DNA of 64,000 bases from an uncultured Acidobacteriota bacterium (GCA_963804995.1 CAWDSK010000006.1:1728001-1792000); one strand, 5' to 3'. Positions 10,500 through 22,755 are shown, numbered from the stretch's first letter. The notes: generated from the letters alone by a model not told the origin. Made by a program: numbers and translations.

Positions 10500-12134
10500 T
10501 TACTTGGAATAGAGCCCTTCCATCTGGCCGATGGCGTGCGCCAAATCGGCTCGTGATTGGTTGTAGCGATAGAGTGCAGCGATCTGGTTGTCGTTGGCGC
10601 GCGCCAGAGCATCCTGCGCGCTGATGACTTCAATATTGTTGGCCACACCCGCCTGGAAACGGTCGCGCGCCTGGGTGACCTCTTCATGGGCAAGCTTGAC
10701 GCCCAGATTCGCCACCTCCACCTCGTGCCGCGCGGAGTCGAGCTCGGCCAGCGCGGTCTTCACTTCCAGCCCAATCTGGTCACGCAGCTCGGCGCGTTCC
10801 TGGTCAACCTTCTTGACTTCCAGGTCAGACTTGACGATTTCCGCGCGGATCCTCCCACTGGTGAACAAGGGCACATCCACCGCCACCTGATAAGTGTACG
10901 AAGGGATCGAGCCAGATAGCGACAGCCCTTGATAAGCCCAAAAGCCACTCATATTGATCGAGGGCAAGCGCGACTCGGAGGCGCCACGCTTTTGGAGCTC
11001 CGCGATGTGCTCACGTGCCGCAAGGGCCTTCATTTCAGGGCGCGTCGCGTAAGCCTGCTCAATGCTTTGGCTGGCCTGGAGTTCCGGCGTCTCGTAAAAA
11101 CTTGGCGTGTCTGCAAGCTCGATCTCGCGGTGCGGGTCCAGATTAAGCAGCCGCGACAGCCCATAGACTGCAATCTTCTGCTGTGTATCCGCTTCCAGCA
11201 GGCGCTGTTTTTCATTTTGGAGCTCGACGTTGGCGCGCAAGGTATCAATTCCCGTACCGACCCCGTGGTTCTGCAAGTCTAGAGCTTGATCGTAAAGTGC
11301 TTGCGCTAAGTCGACGCGCGAGTGCGCAGCGTTCACCGCAGCCGTGGCGCGCAGTCCGGCCAGGTATTGCGAAACGACGAGCAGCACTACCTGCTCGCGC
11401 ACCGCCGTCTCCTGCGCCGAGCTCGCGTCCACACCTTGATGGGCCGCCTGCCAGCGCCGCCAAAGCGTCAGGTCGAGTATCGGCATGGAAAAACCTGGGC
11501 CAGCTTGAAAGAATTGAAAAGGCCCCGCATGCTCAGGAATGCCAGGAAACCTGCTGCCGAAGGCGGCGTATATGTTGAAGCGCATGGCGCGGTCCACAAC
11601 CTCAAAGCCGGCCTGGGGCAGCAAAGCGGAACGCGCGATCGTCTTATCCTCCTCGCTCTGCGCAAAACTCAAATTGGCCACCTGCACCTGGGGATTTTCT
11701 TTGAGCGCCGTCGCGACTGCGTCGTGCAGAGTCAATCGCAGTGGGGATGAATCCTGCCCTCGACCGAGGGAGGCTGCCATAATCGGAAGCAAGAGAATGA
11801 AAGCCAGCTTGCCGGCGTGCTGCTTCAACTTATCCCCGGTTTTCCCGGGCTTCACCCCGGACTTTTCGGGTGCGATTTCCTCAATCAATGATTTCGGTAC
11901 CAAACCTGAGCCGACCAACTTTCCCCCTTGAGCGAGAATTGAACAGAGCAACTCTTTCCCCGCACTGTCCACAAAGGTCACGCCGGAAAGATCCACCACC
12001 AGCCCCTCTTTAATGTAGATGTCAGAGGACATCCTCCAGCATCGCTGGAATTCTTCGACCCAGGGTCCGGAGAGCTTGCCCTCTAGTTTAAGTGTGGTGG
12101 TGTCGCCGGTAATTGTGGTCGTGATGCGAAGCAT
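10500..12134 (-). CDS. TolC family outer membrane protein with N-terminal STAS-like domain
   Basis: LKLEGKLSGPWV...VDLSGVTFVDSAG, then a signal-like segment and two OEP repeats; GAGGGG SD before ATG 12134. Confidence 0.8.
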   Translation of the reverse strand: MLRITTTITGDTTTLKLEGKLSGPWVEEFQRCWRMSSDIYIKEGLVVDLSGVTFVDSAGKELLCSILAQGGKLVGSGLVPKSLIEEIAPEKSGVKPGKTGDKLKQHAGKLAFILLLPIMAASLGRGQDSSPLRLTLHDAVATALKENPQVQVANLSFAQSEEDKTIARSALLPQAGFEVVDRAMRFNIYAAFGSRFPGIPEHAGPFQFFQAGPGFSMPILDLTLWRRWQAAHQGVDASSAQETAVREQVVLLVVSQYLAGLRATAAVNAAHSRVDLAQALYDQALDLQNHGVGTGIDTLRANVELQNEKQRLLEADTQQKIAVYGLSRLLNLDPHREIELADTPSFYETPELQASQSIEQAYATRPEMKALAAREHIAELQKRGASESRLPSINMSGFWAYQGLSLSGSIPSYTYQVAVDVPLFTSGRIRAEIVKSDLEVKKVDQERAELRDQIGLEVKTALAELDSARHEVEVANLGVKLAHEEVTQARDRFQAGVANNIEVISAQDALARANDNQIAALYRYNQSRADLAHAIGQMEGLYSK

Positions 12135-12772
12135 AATGGCTGGTCCCCTCTTTCCATAATATGATTGCGCAATGCCAAGTCCAAAGTCAGACACCATTCT
12201 TTGGCTTGACAAGATACCATTACCCCTTATTATCCAATGGTTAATGGTTGCAAGGCCTTTTAAGGTCGATACCCGCCCACTGCCGAAATATCGTCACTTG
12301 ACGGAATGTAGTCATCGGCAGTCGGCACTCCCTTAATTTGGATGGACTCTTCTGCATCTGGTGCGGACATTTATTCCACCTATAAAAACAATTCATTTAA
12401 CACGTATGTAATAGATCGAGGATAATAAAAATTGGTTCGGAGGGGGCACTGGCTTCTGGGGAGGGCAAGGATTTGCTTAAGCTATTGATTCAGTTATCGT
12501 TAGTTAATAAAGAGGGTCGACTTTTTGAGCAAACCGCTCGTGCTGATTTCCCTTTCCTCCTAAGTACTTTTTGATCTCAAGGGCTCCTAACCACCTCACA
12601 TTAGCTTTCCAGACGGTGTGGGCAGGGTTTCCGCTGGAAAGCGGATGCAAGACGTGACGGCAGGCGTTCCACATACTCGCTGAACACGGATTGCCAGTCA
12701 CGTCGGCAAGGGACTGGTTACGAAGCTTGGTTGACCCCTCAGGGGGCCAGGGCACCCAGGCACAGATTTGAA

Positions 12773-15700
12773 ATGGACGATAGGTTCCCATCTCGAGGTT
12801 TACCGCCGGCACAAGGTCTCTACGACCCCCGCCACGAGCACGATGCGTGCGGGATCGGCTTTGTGGCGAACATCTCCGGCGAAAAATCGCATGATATTAT
12901 CCTTAAGGGCATAGAGATTCTGATTAATCTGACGCACCGTGGCGCCTGTGGGTGCGATCCGCAGACCGGCGACGGCGCCGGCGTGTTGATCCAGATTCCC
13001 CATGCCTTCTTTGAAGCCGAATGCTCCCGCCTGGGGTTCGCGCTGCCTTCCCCTGAAGAGTACGGCGTGGGCATGATGTTTCTTCCCGTTGAGCCGCACG
13101 AGCGCCTGCAGTGTGAGGCCATCGTGGAAGAGATTGTGCGCGACGAAGGCCTGACGGTGCTGGGCTGGCGCGATATCCCGGTGAATGCCAACACCATTGG
13201 GCGCCTGGCGCGCAACACGCAACCTTACATTGAACAGATTTTCATCAAGCGGGCGTACGGAATGGACGCCGATGCCCTGGAGCGAAAACTCTACGTCATT
13301 CGCAAGCGCATTGAGAAAGCCATAAGCGAAACCGATTTGCGGGAGAAGAGCTTCTTCTACATTCCCTCCCTCTCCTGCCGGACGATTATTTACAAGGGCC
13401 TTCTGCTGGCCCCGCAGATCGCGAATTTCTACGGGGAACTCTCCAATCCCGAAGTCCGCAGCGCGCTTTGCCTGGTTCACCAGCGCTTCTCAACCAACAC
13501 CTTCCCCACCTGGCATCTCGCGCATCCGTTCCGCTACATCTGCCACAACGGCGAAATTAATACGCTGCGTGGCAATGTGAACTGGATGCACGCCCGGACG
13601 GGGACCCTCACTTCACCCCTCTTCGGCGAGGACATCAAGAAGCTGGAGCCCATCATCGCGCCGGGCGGAAGCGATTCGGCGAATCTTGATAATGCTGTCG
13701 AGCTTCTGTTCCTGGCAGGGCGCAGTCTTCCGCATGTGATGGAGATGCTCATCCCCGCGGCCTGGGCGGGTGATCCCACCATGCCCCCGGACGTTAAAGC
13801 GTTTTATGAATATCACGCCTCGCTGATGGAGGCGTGGGACGGTCCCGCAGCCGTGGCCTTTACAGATGGCCGCGTGATCGGCGCCAAGCTTGACCGCAAT
13901 GGATTGCGGCCCGGCCGCTTTGTGGTAACGAATCGCGGCCTGGTCATCATGGCGTCGGAGGCCGGGGTGTTGCCGATTGATCCGGAGGAGATTCGCTTCA
14001 AGGGACGGTTGGAGCCGGGGCGCATGCTTCTGGTGGACACCCTCAAGGGCCGCATTATTCCTGACGACGAAATCAAGAAGCAATTGGCGGCGCGCCAACC
14101 TTATGCGCAGTGGCTCGCGGAGAATCAGGTCACGCTGAAGCAGTTGGCGGACCCGCCCCGCGTCCAGACCACCGACCCCGCTACAATTTTGATGCGCCAA
14201 CGCGCCTTTGGGTATTCAGACGAAGACCTGAAGACCATCATGATCCCCATGGCGAAGAGTGGTGAGGAACCCGTGGGGTCGATGGGAACCGACACGCCAC
14301 TCGCCTGCCTCTCCGACAAACCACAACTGCTCTTCAACTACTTCAAGCAGATGTTCGCGCAGGTCACCAACCCCGCCATCGATCCGATTCGCGAAGATCT
14401 GGTCATGTCGCTTTACGATTACATTGGCTGTGAGGGGAACATTCTGGAGGAAACGCCCCAACTCTGCCACACGCTCAAGAAGCGCCATCCCATTGTGACC
14501 AACTGGAACCTGGAGAAATTGCGACGCGTGAGCCGGGGAGATTTCCTGGCCACCACCCTTCCCATGCTTTTCCGCGTGGACGAAGGTGAACGGCGCCTGG
14601 AGACAGCGGTCCACAGCCTTTGTCGCCGCGCCTCGCTCGCCATCAAATCAGGCTACACGTTGCTGATTCTTTCTGACCGTGGCGTCGATGAGGAATACGC
14701 GCCGATTCCCAGCCTGCTGGCGCTCTCCGCCGTGCACAATCATCTGGTACGGGAGAAGACGCGGAATCAGGTCGCCCTTATCGTGGAGACCGGCGAGCCC
14801 CGCGAAGTGATGCATTTCGCTCTCCTGATCGGTTATGGCGCGAGCGCCATCAATCCCTATCTGGCGCTTGAAACTTTGGAGGACCTCCACGCCAAAGACT
14901 TATTCCCGCCAGGTTACACTTTTGATAAAGTCCTGAAGAACTATATCAAGGCTGTCGATAAGGGATTGCTGAAGGTCCTCTCCAAGATGGGGATATCGAC
15001 CCTGCAAAGTTATTGCGGCGCGCAGATATTTGAAGCCATTGGATTGAGCAAATCTGTTGTGGAGCGCTACTTCACGGGCACCTCGTCCCGGATTGAGGGC
15101 GTGGGGCTGGAGGTTTTGGCTCGCGAAGCCTTGATGCGGCACAGGTTTGCGATGCAGCCGCCGGGTGAATCTGAGACCGAGCTGGAAGTGGGAGGGAACT
15201 ACCAGTACCGCGAACGGGGCGAGCGACACCTGCTCAATCCCGTCACCATCAGCAAACTCCAGCATGCGGTGCGGCAATCGAGTTTCGAGACCTTCCAGGA
15301 ATACGCCCGGGTCGTCAACGAGCAGAACCGGAACCTCTACACGTTGCGCGGGCTCCTGGACCTTCATCCCGCGGGGCCGCCCGTGCCCCTCGAGGAAGTG
15401 GAACCGGCCTCGGAAATCGTGAAGCGCTTCGCCACCGGCGCCATGTCTTTCGGCTCCATCAGCAAGGAAGCGCACGAAACCCTGGCCATCGCCATGAATC
15501 GCATTGGCGGCCGATCCAACACCGGCGAGGGCGGCGAAGATGCAGCGCGCTTCCTTCCCGATCCGAATGGTGATTCAAGACGCAGCGCCATCAAGCAGGT
15601 GGCCTCCGCCCGCTTCGGGGTTACGACTCACTATCTGGTGAACGCCGAGGACCTCCAGATCAAAATTGCGCAGGGCGCCAAGCCCGGCGAGGGTGGCCAG

Positions 15701-17363
15701 CTTCCCGGCCATAAGGTGGATGAGGTCATCGCCCGCGTGCGGCACTCCATCCCCGGTGTGCAATTGATCTCTCCGCCGCCGCACCACGACATCTATTCCA
15801 TCGAGGACCTGGCGCAGCTTATCTACGACCTCAAGAACGTGAATCCGCAGGCGCGCATTTCCGTAAAGCTGGTCGCCGAATCCGGCGTGGGAACCGTGGC
15901 GGCGGGCGTGGCCAAAGCTCATGCCGATGTCATCCTCATCAGCGGTTACGACGGCGGCACCGGCGCTTCGCCGATTTCCTCGATTCGGCATGCGGGCATC
16001 CCCTGGGAGCTCGGCCTTTCGGAGACCCAGCAAACTCTGGTGATGAACGACCTGCGCAGCCGCGTTCGCCTGCAAGTGGATGGAAAGTTGCAGTCCGGCC
16101 GCGACGTGGCCATCGCTGCCCTGCTGGGGGCTGAAGAGTTCGGGTTCGCCACCATGCCGCTTATTTCGATGGGCTGCATCATGATGCGTAAGTGCCACCT
16201 GAATACTTGTCCTGTGGGCGTGGCGACGCAGGACCCGGTGCTGCGCAAGAAGTTCCAGGGCCAGCCGGAGCACGTAATCAATTTTCTTTTCTATATCGCC
16301 GAAGACCTGCGGCAGGTCATGGCGCAGCTCGGCTTCCGCAAGCTGGATGAAATGGTAGGCCGGGTGGATTGCCTGGTCCAGCGCCGCGACGTCGACCATT
16401 GGAAAGCCCGCGGGTTGGATCTTTCCCCCGTGCTCTTCAATCCTCACGTGCCGGCGCGTGTGGGGCGTCACTGCACGATCAAGCAGGACCACGGCCTGGA
16501 GAAGTCTCTCGACTATCACTTGATTGACCACGCGCGCGAGGCGCTCGAAGCGCGGCAAAAAGGTATCGATCAGTCTCCCCATCCGCAACACCCACCGCAC
16601 CGTGGGAGCCATGTTGAGCGGCGAGATCGCCCGCCGTTACGGGGCTGTGGGCCTGCCCGACGACACCATCAGGTTTCAGTTCACGGGCTCAGCGGGACAG
16701 AGTTTCGGCGCCTTCCTGGCCAAGGGCGTTACCCTGACACTCGAAGGCGAGGCCAACGATTACGTCGGCAAAGGACTCTCAGGCGGCAGGCTGATTATCT
16801 ATCCCCCGCGCAATGCTGCTTTCCAACCCGAGGAAAACATCCTGGTGGGTAACGTGGTTCTTTACGGAGCCACAAGCGGCGAGGTTTACTTCAATGGCAT
16901 GGCCGGTGAGCGCTTCGCCGTGAGAAACTCCGGCGCCACGGCGGTGGTGGAAGCGGTCGGCGATCATGGTTGTGAATACATGACCCGGGGAACCGTCGTC
17001 GTGCTGGGCCAGACCGGGCGCAATTTCGCCGCCGGGATGACCGGCGGCATTGCCTATGTTCTGGATGAAACCGGTGAGTTCACCCAGGTTCGCTGCAACG
17101 GCGCGAGCGTGGACCTCAACCCGGTCAACGATCCTCAGGATATCGATCTCATCCAACTCCTAATCGCCCGCCACGCAGAACTCACCGATAGCCCACGGGC
17201 CAAGTGGATTCTCGAAAATTGGGAGATCATGCTGCCGAAGTTCGTAAAGGTTTTTCCGCATGAGTACAAGCGAGTGCTGGGCATCCCACGGGCCGCGGCC
17301 GTTCTGACTGGAGCACATCAGTCCACGGCGACACAACCCACCCCGGAGGCGCTGCGTGGGTAA
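12773..17363 (+). CDS. gltB: Glutamate synthase large subunit; apparent +1 frameshift in A-run at 16557-16561
   Basis: [36 protein letters not shown]; the GXGXG domain is in ORF 16524..17363; deleting one A gives CAA AAG GTA TCG. Confidence 0.95.
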
Positions 17364-18771
17364 AGCTACAGGATTCATGGAAGCTACACGTGAGACGCCC
17401 GCGCGCCGGCCCGTAGACGAGCGTGTGAACGATTACCGGGAAGTTTATCAGGATTTTCCCGAGGAAAAGCTACGCACGCAAGCGGCGCGCTGCATGGATT
17501 GCAGTGTTCCGTTCTGTCATACGGGCTGCCCGCTGAACAACATCATCCCCGACTGGAATGACCTGGTTTACCATGAGCGCTGGAAGGAAGCCATCCGCAC
17601 GCTGCACGCCACCAACAATTTCCCGGAGTTCACCGGCCGCATTTGCCCGGCGCCCTGCGAGGCCGCCTGCGTGCTGGGAATCAACGAGCCGCCTGTAACC
17701 ATCAAGAGCATCGAGAAGACTATTATCGAGCACGCTTTCGAGCAAGGGTGGATCCGGCCGGAAGCGCCTGCCACCCGCACCGGTAAGCGCGTGGCCATCG
17801 TCGGTTCAGGGCCGTCAGGACTGGCAGCGGCGCAGCAACTGAATCGCGCCGGGCACACCGTGACCGTATTCGAAAAGGCCGATCGCGTTGGCGGCCTGCT
17901 GCGCTATGGCATTCCCGACTTCAAGCTGGAAAAGCAGGTTCTCGACCGGCGGCTGGACCAAATGCTTCAAGAAGGTGTCGTCTTCAAAACCGGCACGCAC
18001 GTCGGCCAAAACTTAGCGGTGGAGGATTTGCGCGCTGACTTCGACGCAGTCCTGCTGAGTGGCGGCGCGGAAAGCCCGCGTGACCTCAAAGTGCCGGGAC
18101 GCGATTTGAAAGGCATACACTTCGCCATGGAGTATCTCCCGCAGCAGAACCGGCGCGGGGCGGGAGACATTGTGGACGGGCAGATTCTTTCAACCGGCAA
18201 GCGCGTTGTAATTATCGGCGGCGGCGACACGGGTGCGGATTGCCTGGGCACGGCGCATCGGCAAAAGGCAGCTTCCGTCCACCAGTTTGAAATCATGCCC
18301 ATGCCGCCGCTTGAGCGCTCGCTCAATACTCCCTGGCCGCTTTGGCCGCTGCAACTGCGTACCGAGAGCGCGCACGAGGAAGGTGGAATACGCGACTGGG
18401 CGGTTGCTACGGTGCGGTTCACGGGTGACGCAGACGGGAATGTGAAAAAGTTGCACGCCATCCGCGTCGGCCCGCCACCGAAGTTTGAGGCAATGCCCGG
18501 AACCGAGTTCGCCATCGAGGTCGACCTGGTGCTGATCGCCTTGGGTTTCCTGGGACCGGTCCGGAATGGCATGATTGAAGCTCTGGGCGTAAGACTCGAT
18601 GGGCGAAGCAACGTCGAAACCGACGCGAATTACATGTCCTCAATCCCCGGCGTCTTCGCCGCCGGCGATATGCGGCGCGGTCAATCCCTGGTGGTCTGGG
18701 CGATTGCGGAGGGGCGCAAAGCGGCGCGCGGCATCGACAAATTCCTGATGGGCGAAACACACCTACGTTAA
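17356..18771 (+). CDS. gltD: Glutamate synthase small subunit
   Basis: [37 protein letters not shown]. Confidence 0.95.
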   Translation: MGKATGFMEATRETPARRPVDERVNDYREVYQDFPEEKLRTQAARCMDCSVPFCHTGCPLNNIIPDWNDLVYHERWKEAIRTLHATNNFPEFTGRICPAPCEAACVLGINEPPVTIKSIEKTIIEHAFEQGWIRPEAPATRTGKRVAIVGSGPSGLAAAQQLNRAGHTVTVFEKADRVGGLLRYGIPDFKLEKQVLDRRLDQMLQEGVVFKTGTHVGQNLAVEDLRADFDAVLLSGGAESPRDLKVPGRDLKGIHFAMEYLPQQNRRGAGDIVDGQILSTGKRVVIIGGGDTGADCLGTAHRQKAASVHQFEIMPMPPLERSLNTPWPLWPLQLRTESAHEEGGIRDWAVATVRFTGDADGNVKKLHAIRVGPPPKFEAMPGTEFAIEVDLVLIALGFLGPVRNGMIEALGVRLDGRSNVETDANYMSSIPGVFAAGDMRRGQSLVVWAIAEGRKAARGIDKFLMGETHLR

Positions 18772-19122
18772 CAACTCCACTACAGAAGGAAGTTCCTGCG
18801 CCACAAGGCTGGAGGGGTCAGCCCGCAGTTGCTCGAACTCGCTTACGGAATAGACAAGCGTATCCGTCGGAATCGTCGCCGTGAATATCTGGTAGGGGCT
18901 GCGGCTCAGGACAAAGTCGGGGAATTCTTTTCGAACCACCACGATCAAGTCCGCGTCGCTGTCGGCCGTCCAGTTCCCTTTCACCAGCGAACCAAAAAGG
19001 TAGACCTTCACGATCTCCGGGTGGGCGCGCTTGGCTTCGGCTGCCGCGCTGCGCAAGTCTCGGAGGACCTGATCAAGGTCGAGGAATCTTACTTCGACAG
19101 AACTCCACGATTCGTCCTGCAT
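18763..19122 (-). CDS. Minimal nucleotidyltransferase (MNT)
   Basis: YLFGS...SDADL motif; overlaps the HEPN gene. Confidence 0.8.
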   Translation of the reverse strand: MQDESWSSVEVRFLDLDQVLRDLRSAAAEAKRAHPEIVKVYLFGSLVKGNWTADSDADLIVVVRKEFPDFVLSRSPYQIFTATIPTDTLVYSVSEFEQLRADPSSLVAQELPSVVELLT

Positions 19123-19465
19123 GATCCAGCAACTCCTGGCTGTCCTTTCCATTGAAATAATCCGCTGGACGCCCGGAAGCAAACCCGTTTGGGTAACGGG
19201 AGGTGACGTAAACCTTATCCAGTGCTTGGGCGCTCACCAGTATTTCTTGGCTGACTCCTGCGGAATGCGGAAGCATTCGCAGAATCTCAGTGATGGCGTG
19301 CCCGCGTGCGGCTCCGTGGAGTGACTGCACCAGGGCTTTTACAGCCTTTTCAGCACTCTGCTGGGCGATGAACGCCGCCCATTCGTGATGCCCTGTTGAG
19401 GCGGCAGTTTTCGCGAACTCCAGGTCCCTTTCCGCCTGCCCCAGCCAGTCTTCGGATCGATTCAT
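19073..19465 (-). CDS. HEPN domain protein
   Basis: WL.QAERDL, QQSAEKAVKA, GH, SRYP. Confidence 0.85.
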   Translation of the reverse strand: MNRSEDWLGQAERDLEFAKTAASTGHHEWAAFIAQQSAEKAVKALVQSLHGAARGHAITEILRMLPHSAGVSQEILVSAQALDKVYVTSRYPNGFASGRPADYFNGKDSQELLDHAGRIVEFCRSKIPRP

Positions 19466-19676
19466 GGCTTGGCTCCAGGCTCAGTCTAGCACGGAACGGG
19501 GATGGAAGAAGCCTACAGGCCCTGTCGGGGTGGAGTTGATCAGGTCTGCCCATCTGTCTTGCCCCCCAGCCACCTCCGGCGGAGCGACATTTTGTTCGCC
19601 CTGACCACCATTTCTTCTCTTGACAAGAGTATCGTTATAGTATACAATCGTGGGCTGTTGGAATTGAGCCGATACT

Positions 19677-20006
19677 GTGTCATTGCGTAAGTCTCCCACC
19701 CTGACTCCTGCTCTGCTAGCCTCCAATCGCCGCAACGCGAAGAAATCCACCGGGCCCAGGACCGCGCGGGGCAAGGCATGGTCGCGTCTGAACCCTTTAC
19801 GGAACGGAGGGCGGTCACGGGAATACATCCGCTTATTCGATGCCTTGGTGGATGCTCAACCGGGCTTTGTGGGGGTGACTGCACAGGCCCTCCTCTCGTC
19901 GAAGCTGGCGCTTCATCCCCTGTTTAGAGAGATCGCCGAAATAAGTGTGCAAGCGGAAATCGATATGTGCAACGAGAGCCGATGGAAGCCCGCACACAGA
20001 GATTGA
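19677..20006 (+). CDS. Hypothetical basic protein with NRRNAKKSTGPRT..GK motif
   Basis: Recognisable motif of a widespread uncharacterised family; followed by an AT-rich tract with repeated TTGAAAA. Confidence 0.55.
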   Translation: MSLRKSPTLTPALLASNRRNAKKSTGPRTARGKAWSRLNPLRNGGRSREYIRLFDALVDAQPGFVGVTAQALLSSKLALHPLFREIAEISVQAEIDMCNESRWKPAHRD

Positions 20007-20544
20007 AGAGAAATTTCTTTGTGCGAACAAAGCCGGAATGTTATTGAAAACAAACAATCGCGAAGATGAAAGCCTCTTACCTTAGCTCTATCTTATAGAA
20101 AAATAAGCTAGTTGAATGGATTTCCCAGGATATTCGCCTATTCGTTTGAAAAATAAAGGGTTAGCTGTGCTGCGGGGGTCATCCATGGGTGGGAATCTCA
20201 CCAAATTCGACATATTTTTGTAAATTAGTGGCAAATCAGCCCGCGAGTTTCCGTTAGGCATTTGAAAACACATGAGATATTTGCACAACCGTATTGCGAC
20301 AGGGAAGAGGTCAGCGCGTATTCCTCGCATTATCTTGGGGCCGGAATCCGCCAAAGTTCAACGATGCTGAAAAGGCCCCCCCCACCTTCCCATCCCGTCG
20401 GGCATTCCCCTCCACGGGGCGAGGGTTGATTTCCCTGCCCCGTTGACACTCGCAGGGAGCGCCGCTATCCTCAGAACGAGGAATTGACGCCACAATCTGA
20501 GGTTCATAGGCAGCGGTGGATAGCGTTGGCGGTAACGGGAGGGG

Positions 20545-21408
20545 ATGGGAATGCTTACCCCTACGCAAGTTGCGCAGTACCACGAGGAAGGTTATACAGT
20601 TCTAAATGAATTCCTCAACCGGTCCGAGGTCGATGCTATCCTCTCCGACATTGACGGCTTGACGGCCGCTGCCACTGTCGCCCATCACGATGCCGTGCGC
20701 CTGGAGATGGAGCCGAACCAGGGGCCCGAAGGGAAGAAGGTGCGGCGACTCTACGAGCCCTGCACCTATTATCCCCGGTTTCGCTCACTTTCCGAATCCA
20801 AGAAACTCCTGGACGTATTAGAACAGTTAATAGGGCCCAACCTGCTATTCCATCTCAGTAAAGTCAACATGAAGCCCGCCGCGATAGGCTCCGTGGTCGA
20901 TTGGCACCAGGACCTCACCTATTATCCCCTCACCAACACCGACTCCGTGACAGTGCTGCTTTATCTGGACGATGCGGACTCAACGAATGGCTGCTTGCAG
21001 GTTATCCCCCGTGTCCACCGGGAGCGGGTGCTGGATCACACCACGCAGGGAGTTTTTCAGGGCCGTGTCACCGAAAGCGTCGACACCTCGAAAGCGGTGT
21101 TCCTGGAAGGGAAAGCCGGGAGCGCGATCTTCATGCATTGCCTCGCGCCTCACGCTTCCGCCCCTAACCTTTCTCCCAAGTCGCGGACAACTTTGATCAT
21201 GGCCTACCGTGCCGCCCATGCTTTTCCCATTCATCTGAACAAGCGAACTGAAGCTCAAGAGGCCCATGTGCGTTTGGTTCGAGGGCAGGAAGCCTCGGCG
21301 GCGCGCCTCGGGTCAGGCTCCTTCCCGATTCCGCGATTTCCTCGCGACACGAAATCACTCTATGAGTTGCAGGAACTATCACGCAAAGGACTTGCTGCGG
21401 GCTCATAG
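20545..21408 (+). CDS. Phytanoyl-CoA dioxygenase family Fe(II)/2-oxoglutarate oxygenase
   Basis: WHQD, NGCLQVIP..H, H.SAPN.S...R. Confidence 0.85.
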   Translation: MGMLTPTQVAQYHEEGYTVLNEFLNRSEVDAILSDIDGLTAAATVAHHDAVRLEMEPNQGPEGKKVRRLYEPCTYYPRFRSLSESKKLLDVLEQLIGPNLLFHLSKVNMKPAAIGSVVDWHQDLTYYPLTNTDSVTVLLYLDDADSTNGCLQVIPRVHRERVLDHTTQGVFQGRVTESVDTSKAVFLEGKAGSAIFMHCLAPHASAPNLSPKSRTTLIMAYRAAHAFPIHLNKRTEAQEAHVRLVRGQEASAARLGSGSFPIPRFPRDTKSLYELQELSRKGLAAGS

Positions 21409-21546
21409 GGGATCGGCCACTGACGCGGACACGGCGCGGGCCGCCACCCTTGTGCTTAGATGATTTGATTCCTTGACTCCGAGCTACCGTACAGGGAGAA
21501 TTCAGTCCGGCCATTGGAGGTAAGTGCTCGGAGGACCCACGGCGAT

Positions 21547-22755
21547 ATGATGAGACACGCGCATCAACTGATTCCTCGCAGTTCAAATCTCTACGGCCCC
21601 TCCCTACTGCGCCGCATTTCTGTTTTACTTTCATGGTGCGTGGTCGGGGCTTTCGTGTGGACCGTCACCGGGGCCTCACTTTCTGCGCAGGGGACACATA
21701 TGATCAAGAAAGAAGCTTTTGGGGCCACGCGCGACGGAAAACCCGTGGAGCTTTACACTTTGACAAACCAGCACGGGATGGAAGTTCGCATCATGACTTA
21801 CGGCGGAATCGTCGTTTCTTTGCGAGCCCCCGATAAGAATGGGCATTTCGCTGATGTGGTGTTGGGATCTGACAAGTTGGACGGCTATCTCGGCGGTAGT
21901 CCCTATTTCGGAGCCCTCATCGGACGCTACGGGAACCGCATCGCAAACGCCCGGTTCACGCTCAACGGCAAGGAATACGTGTTGGCGAAAAACAACGGCC
22001 CGAACAGCCTGCACGGGGGCATCAAGGGCTTTGACAAAGTCGTGTGGCAAGCGGAACCCGTCGAGAAAACGGGAGAGACCGGATTGATCTTGAAGTATAC
22101 GAGCGCCGACGGCGAAGAGGGCTATCCGGGGACGTTAAACGCGACCGTGACCTATAGGCTCGATGAAGAAAACGAGCTGACCATCAACTATCGCGCCACG
22201 ACAGATAAGGCCACTCCGGTGAACCTCACGAACCACAGCTATTTCAACCTGGCCGGAGAAGGAAACGGCAACATCCTTGCCCACGTCCTGATGCTCAATG
22301 CCGACCACTTTACACCTGTCAACGAGACCCTCATCCCTACCGGCGAGATTTCAAGCGTCAAGGGAACGCCCCTCGATTTCACCCAGCCCACCGCCATAGG
22401 TGCTCGGATCAATGACCACTATGAACAACTGGTTTTGGGGCACGGCTACGACCACAATTTTGTGATTAACCGGAAGGCCCCGGGCCTGGCGTTTGCCGCG
22501 CGCGTTTATGAGCCGACCTCCGGCCGCGTCCTGGAGGTTTACACTTCGCAGCCGGGCGTGCAGTTCTATACGGGCAATTTTCTCGACGGGACGATCACCG
22601 GCAAGCACGGGCATGTGTACATGCAACGCTCCGCCTTTTGTCTGGAAACCCAGCATTATCCCGATTCACCCAACCAGCCGAGTTTCCCGTCGACCATCCT
22701 GCGGCCAGGCGAGATCTATCAATCCACGACGGCCTACAAATTTTCCACGCGCTAG
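21547..22755 (+). CDS. galM: Aldose 1-epimerase (mutarotase) with N-terminal hydrophobic leader
   Basis: GRYGNRI, LHGG, NLTNHSYFNL, GYDHNF, CLETQHYPD; start uncertain. Confidence 0.9.
   Translation: MMRHAHQLIPRSSNLYGPSLLRRISVLLSWCVVGAFVWTVTGASLSAQGTHMIKKEAFGATRDGKPVELYTLTNQHGMEVRIMTYGGIVVSLRAPDKNGHFADVVLGSDKLDGYLGGSPYFGALIGRYGNRIANARFTLNGKEYVLAKNNGPNSLHGGIKGFDKVVWQAEPVEKTGETGLILKYTSADGEEGYPGTLNATVTYRLDEENELTINYRATTDKATPVNLTNHSYFNLAGEGNGNILAHVLMLNADHFTPVNETLIPTGEISSVKGTPLDFTQPTAIGARINDHYEQLVLGHGYDHNFVINRKAPGLAFAARVYEPTSGRVLEVYTSQPGVQFYTGNFLDGTITGKHGHVYMQRSAFCLETQHYPDSPNQPSFPSTILRPGEIYQSTTAYKFSTR

Noticed and set aside
12160..12180. sigma54 promoter for the STAS-tolC operon
   Set aside because: TTGGCA is present on the minus strand but there is no GC at the -12 position
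16550..16570. Programmed frameshift in gltB
   Set aside because: An extra A in a short homopolymer, with three similar indels elsewhere, is better explained by sequencing error
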